Shown here: positions 57,561 to 64,000 of the stretch, in pieces
How the letters are laid out: every line of letters begins with the position of its first letter
How positions within the stretch are numbered: position 1 is the first letter of the stretch
Assembly: GCA_035543115.1 (NCBI GenBank)
Contig: DATKKF010000008.1
Coordinates: forward strand, 11,404 to 75,403
Reading direction: 5' to 3'
DNA length: 64,000 nucleotides
Source of the DNA: Myxococcaceae bacterium
Lineage (GTDB): Bacteria > Myxococcota > Myxococcia > Myxococcales > Myxococcaceae
The notes under the pieces: generated by a model
The model's input: only the letters and a program-made list of their open reading frames with translations
The model's database searches: none
Told to the model about the DNA's origin: nothing
Translations under genes and position numbers: made by a program

Positions 57561-58778
57561 TCAAGACCGGTCGACGACCGGGAAGTCGAACGAGACGAGC
57601 TCGCCGTACTTGAGCCCCGTGCCGGTGTTCATGAGGACGATCTGTTCCTCCCGATCGATCGCTCCGCTGGCCACGAGCTTCTTGATGCCGGCCCAGACCG
57701 CTCCACCCTCCGGCGCGGCGAAGACGCCCTCGCTGGAGGCGATCTCCCGCATCCCATCGAGCGCTTCGTCGTCGGTGACGGTCAGGGCCGTCCCACCCGA
57801 GCGGCGAATCAGGCCGAGCATGAGCGAGTCGGCGACGGCCGCCGGAACGCGAAGGCCACCGATCCGGGTGTGGGCGTCGGCCACTGCCGGCGCGTGGTCG
57901 AGCCCCTGCTGGAAGGCCCGGACGATGGGAGCGCAGCCTTCGGTCTGCACGGCGATCATCCGCGGACGCCGGGAACCGATCCAGCCGAGCTGCTCGAGCT
58001 CCTCGAGCGCCTTCCAGATGCCGACCAGCCCCGTGCCGCCACCGGTGGGATAGACGAGGATGTCCGGGACGCTCCAGCCGAGCTGCTCCACCAGCTCGAG
58101 GCCCATGGTCTTCTTCCCCTCGGCGCGGTAGGGCTCCTTGAGGGTCGAGAGGTCGAACCAGCCTTCCTCGGCGGCACGCCTCCGGACCCAGGCACCGCAG
58201 TCGTTGATCAGGCCCCGGACGAGGACCACCTCGGCGCCGCAGACGCCGCACTCCTTCTTGTTCAGCTCCGGTGCATCGACCGGCATGTAGACGTGGGCCT
58301 TCAGTCCCGCCCGGGCGGCGTAGGCGGCGAGCGCCCCGCCGGCGTTCCCGGCCGTCGGCAGGGCGAGGTCACACGCGCCGAGCTCGGCAGCACGGGACAA
58401 GGCGGCGGAGATGCCTCGCGCCTTGAAGGAGCCGGTCGGATTGCTGCCCTCGTCCTTGAGCAGAAGACGCTTCAGCCCGGCCCGGGCGCCGAGCCGGGGC
58501 ACGGGAAGGAGCGGCGAGTCCCCCTCTCCCAGCGAGACGATGTGTCGCGTCTCCCGGACCGGCAGCAGCTCGCGCCAGCGCCACATGCCGCGGGGGCGCG
58601 CGGCGACCGACTCCTTGGTGAGGCTTCGCGCCGCCCGCTGGAGGTCATAGCGGGCAAGGAGCACCTTGCCACAATCGGGGCAGAGGTTCTGGAGACGGTT
58701 CGCGTCGTGCTCGCGCCCGCAGGCGCTGCACTGGAGGTGGGTGAGCGCGCTTCCGGTATAGAAGCTCGAGGTGGCCAT
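57561..58778 (-). CDS. thrC: Threonine synthase (with an N-terminal zinc-ribbon-type extension)
   Basis: CSACG..x..CPDCG at the N-terminus, the PLP lysine motif NPTGSFKARG, and PTGGGTG. Start at ATG 58778. Confidence 0.92.
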   Translation of the reverse strand: MATSSFYTGSALTHLQCSACGREHDANRLQNLCPDCGKVLLARYDLQRAARSLTKESVAARPRGMWRWRELLPVRETRHIVSLGEGDSPLLPVPRLGARAGLKRLLLKDEGSNPTGSFKARGISAALSRAAELGACDLALPTAGNAGGALAAYAARAGLKAHVYMPVDAPELNKKECGVCGAEVVLVRGLINDCGAWVRRRAAEEGWFDLSTLKEPYRAEGKKTMGLELVEQLGWSVPDILVYPTGGGTGLVGIWKALEELEQLGWIGSRRPRMIAVQTEGCAPIVRAFQQGLDHAPAVADAHTRIGGLRVPAAVADSLMLGLIRRSGGTALTVTDDEALDGMREIASSEGVFAAPEGGAVWAGIKKLVASGAIDREEQIVLMNTGTGLKYGELVSFDFPVVDRS

Positions 58779-58913
58779 CGACGGCACCGTAGCCGAGCAG
58801 CGCCCCAGCCGGTCCAGGGCTCGATTCACTGTCCTGGCGCCGGCCGGGTCCGACGCAGCGGAAGAGGAGCGTCCCGCTCGGCTCGGCCGCGAGCAGCATG
58901 AGCTCCATCGCCG

Positions 58914-60092
58914 TCAGCCGAAGGCGTCGATCCCGGTGATGGCCTTCCCCAGCACCAGCGTGTGCACTTCGTGCGTGCCCTCATAGGTCAGCACCGACTC
59001 GAGGTTCAGCGCGTGCCGGAGCGGCGGCAAGTCGTCGGTGATGCCGTTGGCCCCGAGGATGGTTCGCGCCGACCGCGCGATCTCCAGCGCCGACCGCACG
59101 TTTGCCCGCTTTGCCAGCGAGACCAGCACCGGGCTCGCCTGCCCCTGGTCCTTGAGCCGCAGCAACCGCAGCCCGAGCAGCTGCGCCTGCACGATGCGCT
59201 CCAGCATGTCCGCGAGCTTCTCCTGGGTGAGCTGGAACGACCCGATCGGCAGGTCGAACTGCCTCCGCTGCAGTGCGTAGTCCCGCGCCGCCTCGAAGCA
59301 GGCGATCGCCGCGCCCGTGACCGCGAAGGCGATGCCCGCCCGTGCGTTGTTCAGGCAGCTCAGTGGACCGCGCAGCCCCTGGACTCCCGGGAGCACGTTC
59401 CGCTCGGGGACCCGCACCTCGGTGAAGGACAGCTCGGCGGTCCACGACGCCCGGAGGGACAGCTTCCCGGGAATCTCCTTCGCCACGAAGCCCGGCATCC
59501 CCTTCTCCACCAGGAAGCCGCGCACCGACTCGGGGCCACCGTCGCCCGTCTTGGCCCACACCACTGCCACGTCGGCCACCGTGCCGTTGGTGATCCACGC
59601 CTTGCTGCCCTCGAGCACCCAACCCTCGCCGTCACGCACCGCCCGCGTGCGGAGGCTCGCCGGGTCCGAGCCCGCATCGGGCTCGGTCAGCCCGAAGCAG
59701 CCGATGGACGTCCCTCGTGCCATCGCCGGGAGGAAGCGCTGCTTCTGCTCCTCCGAGCCCCAGGAATGAATCGGGTACATCGCCAGCGAGCCCTGCACCG
59801 AGGCGAAGCTCCGGAGGCCCGAGTCGCCGCGCTCCAATTCTTGAAGTCCGAGCCCGTACGCCACGTTGCTCACCCCGGCGCAACCGTACCCGGACAGGTT
59901 CGCGCCCAGGACGCCGAGCTCGCCCAGCCGCGGGATGATCTGCGCGGGGAACGTCCCCTCGCGGAAGTGCCGCCCGATGACCGGAAGCACCTCCGCGTCC
60001 ACCACCCGCGCCACCGCCTCCCGCACCGCCCGCTCGTCCGCTGACAGCGCGTCGTCCAGCCGGTACAGCGCCTCGACTCCGCTCCGCTCCAC
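58914..60092 (-). CDS. gcdH: Acyl-CoA dehydrogenase, glutaryl-CoA dehydrogenase-like
   Basis: The sequence fits the GCDH pattern, including the ..CFGLTEPDAGSDP.. motif and the C-terminal ..YEGTHEVHTLVLG... GAGGAGG lies 4 nt upstream of GTG 60092. The track start at 60107 is an upstream GTG. Confidence 0.9.
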   Translation of the reverse strand: MERSGVEALYRLDDALSADERAVREAVARVVDAEVLPVIGRHFREGTFPAQIIPRLGELGVLGANLSGYGCAGVSNVAYGLGLQELERGDSGLRSFASVQGSLAMYPIHSWGSEEQKQRFLPAMARGTSIGCFGLTEPDAGSDPASLRTRAVRDGEGWVLEGSKAWITNGTVADVAVVWAKTGDGGPESVRGFLVEKGMPGFVAKEIPGKLSLRASWTAELSFTEVRVPERNVLPGVQGLRGPLSCLNNARAGIAFAVTGAAIACFEAARDYALQRRQFDLPIGSFQLTQEKLADMLERIVQAQLLGLRLLRLKDQGQASPVLVSLAKRANVRSALEIARSARTILGANGITDDLPPLRHALNLESVLTYEGTHEVHTLVLGKAITGIDAFG

Positions 60093-60116
60093 GTCGCCTC
60101 CTCGCACCCGGGTTGC

Positions 60117-61184
60117 CTAGAGCGGCAGCACGCCCTCGACCTGCTGGAGCAGCTGGAGCCGCCGGGCCATCACCGGGCTCGACCCGTCCTCGAGGGCGGC
60201 GGTCTCTTGCAGCACCCGCTCCAGCGGGAATCGCTTCACCGAGCCGTCGGGCGTCGAGACACCCCCGGGCAGGGGCGCATTCCAGGCCACCATCTCGTCG
60301 GTCACTCCCTCGAGCAGCCCCACCACCGCGGCGAACGCGAGCCGAGCCGACACCATCCGGTCGAGGAAGCTCGGGTGTCCGCCGCGCACCACGTGCCCGA
60401 GAACCACCGCCCGGACCTCCACCTGTCCGAGCAGCTCCTCCACCCGGCGGACCAGCCGGGTGCAGGGAATCTCCACCCCCTCGGCCTTGATCACCAGCAC
60501 CCGCCGCTTCCCGCGGACGAATCCCTGCTGGATGACCGAGGCCACTGCGCGGACGATCGCCTCCTCGTCGCGCTGCTGCTCGCGGAACAGCACCGCGTCC
60601 GCCCCCACCGCCACCGCCGAGGCCATCGCCAGGTACCCGCAGGCCCGCCCCATCACCTCCACCACGAACGCCCGGTGGTGCGCCCGGGCGGTGTCGTCCA
60701 CGTGGTCGCAGGCCTCGACGATGGTGTTCAGCGCGGTGTCGGTCCCGATGGCCAGGGCGGTGCATCCGATGTCGTTGTCGATCGACGCTGGGATGCCCAT
60801 CACCCGGACGCCGTGCTCGCGGACCAGCGCGTGCGCCCCGGTGAGCGAGCCGTTCCCGCCGATGACCACCAGACTCTCGACGCCTGCCGAACGAAGCGCG
60901 TCCGCAGCGCGCGCCCGTCCTGCCGCCTCGCGGAAGCGCGCGCTCCGGGCCGAGCCGAGGATGGTGCCGCCCTGGCTCCCGAGCACGTCGAGTCCCGGCT
61001 CGCCGAGAAGCGCGCACGGGCCCGGCACCACCTCCACCATCCGCCCGTCGATGAGGCCCTCGTAGCCGTCTCTCACGCCGAGGAGCCGTACGCCCCGCGC
61101 CGCGCAGGTCTTCGCCGCCGCCCGGAGCGCCGCGTTCATCCCCGGGCTGTCCCCGCCCGAGGTGAGGAGCGCCAGCGTCCTCAT
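60117..61184 (-). CDS. pfkA: ATP-dependent 6-phosphofructokinase
   Basis: LTSGGDSPGMNAA, VIGGNGS and IPASIDND motifs. Confidence 0.93.
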   Translation of the reverse strand: MRTLALLTSGGDSPGMNAALRAAAKTCAARGVRLLGVRDGYEGLIDGRMVEVVPGPCALLGEPGLDVLGSQGGTILGSARSARFREAAGRARAADALRSAGVESLVVIGGNGSLTGAHALVREHGVRVMGIPASIDNDIGCTALAIGTDTALNTIVEACDHVDDTARAHHRAFVVEVMGRACGYLAMASAVAVGADAVLFREQQRDEEAIVRAVASVIQQGFVRGKRRVLVIKAEGVEIPCTRLVRRVEELLGQVEVRAVVLGHVVRGGHPSFLDRMVSARLAFAAVVGLLEGVTDEMVAWNAPLPGGVSTPDGSVKRFPLERVLQETAALEDGSSPVMARRLQLLQQVEGVLPL

Positions 61185-61570
61185 CCGGGCGCTCCCTTCT
61201 GGGGGACGCGCCCGGGCCGGTGCGCGCGCCGGTGCAGCAGAAGCGCCGCCCCGAGCACGGCCGCCGACAGAAAGTAGGCGAACGGCAGGACGCGCTTCCC
61301 CAGGTGCATCTTCTCCAGTCCCTCGGCCACCAGCACCGTCATGCCCAGCAGCTCGGCAACGATCTCCGCCCCGGCGGGCTGGCCCCCGGGCTGCAGCCGC
61401 TCCCAGCCCGCGAGGCCGAGCAGCAGCACCGCCGCCACCCCGGCCAACCAGGGAAGCGCTCCGCCACCCTGCTCCTCGCTCAGGCCGAGGTAGACCAGGC
61501 CGAAGCCAGCGATGGCGTGGCTCATCGCCTGGAACCGCCGGATCCGCTTGCGCGCCTGGCTGTGCAGCAT
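61181..61570 (-). CDS. Small membrane protein of unknown function
   Basis: Hydrophobic segments. Its stop overlaps the pfkA start as ATGA. Confidence 0.55.
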   Translation of the reverse strand: MLHSQARKRIRRFQAMSHAIAGFGLVYLGLSEEQGGGALPWLAGVAAVLLLGLAGWERLQPGGQPAGAEIVAELLGMTVLVAEGLEKMHLGKRVLPFAYFLSAAVLGAALLLHRRAHRPGRVPQKGAPG

Positions 61571-61633
61571 GGCTCGGCGGCGGACTCTGCCACGCTCCCG
61601 GAGCCGGTGCCGCTCCGGCTAGGGTGCCGCCCC

Positions 61634-62413
61634 ATGGGGAGCGACTTCCAGCAACGAGGCGCCGTGGTCACCGGAGCGAACCGCGGGATCGGCAAGTCCA
61701 TCGCCCTCGCCTTCCTCCGCGCCGGCTGGCCGGTGGTGGCGCTCGCCAGGACCGCCGAGAGCCTGGACGCGCTCCGGCAGGAGGCCGGCGACCTCGCCTC
61801 CCGCATCCGGCCGATGGCCTGCGACCTCTCGGACCCCGCCCAGCTCGAGGGCGCGGCGCAGGCGCTGTCCGACGCGGAGCCGGTCCCGGCGGTGCTGGTG
61901 AACAACGCCGGCATCTCCATCTCCGCGCCGCTCCAGAAGACGAGCACCGAGGAGCTCCAGCGCGTGCTGCAGGTCAACACCGTCGCGCCCTACCTCCTCT
62001 GCCGGGCGCTCATCCCGCGGATGGCGGAGGCGGGCGGCGGCCGGGTCATCAACATCGGCTCCATCGCCTCGTTGAAGGGCATCCGCTACACGTCGGCGTA
62101 CTGCGCCAGCAAGCACGCGCTCCTCGGCCTCACCCGCGCGCTCGCCGTCGAGTGGGGGAAGAAGTCCATCACCGTGAACGCGGTCTGCCCGGGATGGACC
62201 GAGACCGACATGTTCAGCCGGGCGCTCGAGGCGGTCGTCCACAAGACCGGCCGCAGCCCGGAACAGGCCCGTGAAGCCGTCCTGGCGAGCAACCCCATGG
62301 GCCGCCCGGTGCAGCCGGACGAGGTCGCCGCGCTCGTTCTGTATCTCTCATCCCCGGCAGCAGCCGGCCTCACGGGAGCCGCACTTCCGGTGGACTGTGG
62401 TGAGGCGGCTTGA
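61634..62413 (+). CDS. Short-chain dehydrogenase/reductase (classical SDR)
   Basis: TGANRGIG, NNAG and the S...YxxxK motif (YCASK). Start at ATG 61634, inside track ORF 61220..62413. Confidence 0.9.
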   Translation: MGSDFQQRGAVVTGANRGIGKSIALAFLRAGWPVVALARTAESLDALRQEAGDLASRIRPMACDLSDPAQLEGAAQALSDAEPVPAVLVNNAGISISAPLQKTSTEELQRVLQVNTVAPYLLCRALIPRMAEAGGGRVINIGSIASLKGIRYTSAYCASKHALLGLTRALAVEWGKKSITVNAVCPGWTETDMFSRALEAVVHKTGRSPEQAREAVLASNPMGRPVQPDEVAALVLYLSSPAAAGLTGAALPVDCGEAA

Positions 62414-62487
62414 GTGAGTTCTTAGGGTCGCTTGCGCCAAGGACCCGTCGGCGCTAATACCATGCGTCTTTCTCATGAGGGTGCCTC

Positions 62488-63381
62488 ATGCAACTCGAGT
62501 CGCTCAAGATGTTCTGCGACGTCGTCGAGACCGGCTCCTTCTCGCGCGCCGCCCAGCTGAACCATGTCACCCAGTCCGCCGTGAGCCAGCAGATCCGCGC
62601 CCTGGAGAACCGCTACGAGCAGAAGCTCCTCAGCCGCAGCGCCCGGCAGGTCACCCCCACGCCGGCGGGTGAGCGGCTCTTCCGGGGCTGCAAGGAGATC
62701 CTCGCCCGCTTCGGCGAGGTGGAGCAGGAGATCCGCGAGCAGTCGACCGAGGTCGCCGGCACCTGCACCGTGTCCACCATCTACTCGGTGGGCCTTCACG
62801 AGTTGCAGAACATCCAGAAGGGGCTGCTCAAGACCCACCCCAAGGTGAACATGCGGCTCATCTACCGCCGCAGCGATCAGGTCTATGACGACGTCATCCT
62901 CGGCGCGGCGGAGATCGGCGTCGTGGCCTACCCCCAGCCGCGGGCCGGGGTGGACGTCATCCCCTTCCGCGACGACAAGCTCGCGGTGGTCTGCGCGCCG
63001 AGCCACCCCCTGGCCAGCAAGGCGAAGATCTCCCTGACCGCCCTGGCCGACACCCCGTTCATCGCCTACGACCGCGAGGCCCCCACCCGGAAGGCGCTGG
63101 ACCGGCTCTTCCGGGAGAAGGGCGTGGAGATCGAGCCGGTGATGGAGATGGACAACGTGGAGACCATCAAGCGCGCCGTGGAGATGGGTGTGGGGGTGTC
63201 CATCCTCCCCTCGGCCACGGTGCAGCACGAGGTGGCGCAGGGCACGCTGGTCGCCCGGCCTTTTGCGGAAGGGAACTTCACCCGACCCATCGGCCTGCTG
63301 GTGCGGAAGGGCAAGTACCTCGACCGGGCCTCGCAGGCAGTGCTGGACGCCTTCAAGGAAGCGGCCGCCGCCGAGGAGTAG
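62488..63381 (+). CDS. LysR-family transcriptional regulator
   Basis: N-terminal HTH (FCDVVETGSFSRAAQLNHVTQSAVSQQIRALE) and a LysR substrate-binding domain. Confidence 0.93.
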   Translation: MQLESLKMFCDVVETGSFSRAAQLNHVTQSAVSQQIRALENRYEQKLLSRSARQVTPTPAGERLFRGCKEILARFGEVEQEIREQSTEVAGTCTVSTIYSVGLHELQNIQKGLLKTHPKVNMRLIYRRSDQVYDDVILGAAEIGVVAYPQPRAGVDVIPFRDDKLAVVCAPSHPLASKAKISLTALADTPFIAYDREAPTRKALDRLFREKGVEIEPVMEMDNVETIKRAVEMGVGVSILPSATVQHEVAQGTLVARPFAEGNFTRPIGLLVRKGKYLDRASQAVLDAFKEAAAAEE

Positions 63382-63417
63382 GCACTGGCCGCCGGGGCGA
63401 TGCGCGCCTAGCGGAGT

Positions 63418-64000
63418 CTACTTCCCGCCTCCGTGCTGCTTCATCATCTCCTCGACCTTCTGGCGCTGCTCGGGCGTGAGCCGCTGCATCATCTGGTCGC
63501 GCATCTGCTGCTGCTGCTCGGGGGTCATCGAGCCGCCGTAGCCCTTGCTCTCGGTGTAGCCGGACGGGACCTTGAAGGCCGAGTCCGGGACCGACTGTGA
63601 CTTCACCGAGGTCGCCTCCCAGGTCACCGTCTGCTCGCCCTTCTCGTTCTTGGCCAGGACCTTGAGGGGAATGCCGGCCACGCCCTCCTTCCTCAGGGCC
63701 TCCCACCAGCCGCCCTCGCGACGATCGCTGGAGGCGAAGGCCTTCTCCAGATCTCCGGCGGAGACCAGGTTCTTGTCGATCCACACCTCCATCACATCCC
63801 CCCGCCCCTCGTGCGAGACCTGGACGTGCTCGGTGCTCCGGCCGGCGACCGTGTCCCTGCCCAGCTTCTTCACCGTCCACTTGCTGGCCCCGGAGTCGTC
63901 CTGATCTCCCTTCTCCGCGGTGATCTTCGAGTAGGTCTTGGTGGCCTCGTGAACGATGTAGGTGATGTTCGGCTGGTCGGCGCGGTGGATGATCACCTGC
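63418..64000 (-). CDS. Probable periplasmic protein, 5' end outside the window; the C-terminal tail carries LTXXQ-like motifs
   Basis: The frame stays open to the window edge; the track M at 63996 is an internal GTG. The body is beta-rich and the tail reads ..MTPEQQQQMRDQMMQRLTPEQRQKVEEMMKQHGGGK. Confidence 0.65.
   Translation of the reverse strand, partial: QVIIHRADQPNITYIVHEATKTYSKITAEKGDQDDSGASKWTVKKLGRDTVAGRSTEHVQVSHEGRGDVMEVWIDKNLVSAGDLEKAFASSDRREGGWWEALRKEGVAGIPLKVLAKNEKGEQTVTWEATSVKSQSVPDSAFKVPSGYTESKGYGGSMTPEQQQQMRDQMMQRLTPEQRQKVEEMMKQHGGGK

Overview
This is a dense, high-GC chromosomal segment. Hand counts of typical 60-nt lines give about 73-75% G+C. The gene content points to a Myxococcota genome, Anaeromyxobacter-like; this is an inference with no database check. 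The supporting genes are MJ0042-type zinc-ribbon/TPR proteins, an Oar-like TonB-dependent receptor, a DUF4388/J-domain coiled-coil protein and many lipoproteins. I call about 55 protein-coding genes, mostly housekeeping: gatCAB, ftsK, plsY, recA, comM, ndh, plsC, cinA, pssA, nth, def, priA, qor, thrC, gcdH, pfkA and a LysR regulator. I found no rRNA, tRNA, CRISPR array, transposase, integrase or prophage signature. Many of the longest ORFs in the track are antisense or out-of-frame shadows, which is normal at this GC content. I trimmed these to homology-consistent starts or discarded them. I cannot demonstrate a clearly novel system from sequence alone. The best candidates are listed below. 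(1) A lower-GC locus pairs an Oar-like TonB-dependent transporter with a stop/start-overlapping Cys-rich lipoprotein, placed divergently from tonB-exbB-exbD-exbD. (2) A 910-aa pseudo-receiver / coiled-coil / DUF4388 / divergent J-domain protein sits between priA and def. (3) A roughly 560-bp non-coding stretch upstream of ridA carries a duplicated sigma-54-like element and a long hairpin. (4) A DUF2844 + DUF3443 pair, where the DUF3443 member shows two pepsin-like D(T/S)GS motifs but is decayed. Two genes (DUF3443, ridA) are frameshifted and one lipoprotein gene lacks a canonical start codon. These could be real decay or assembly errors.
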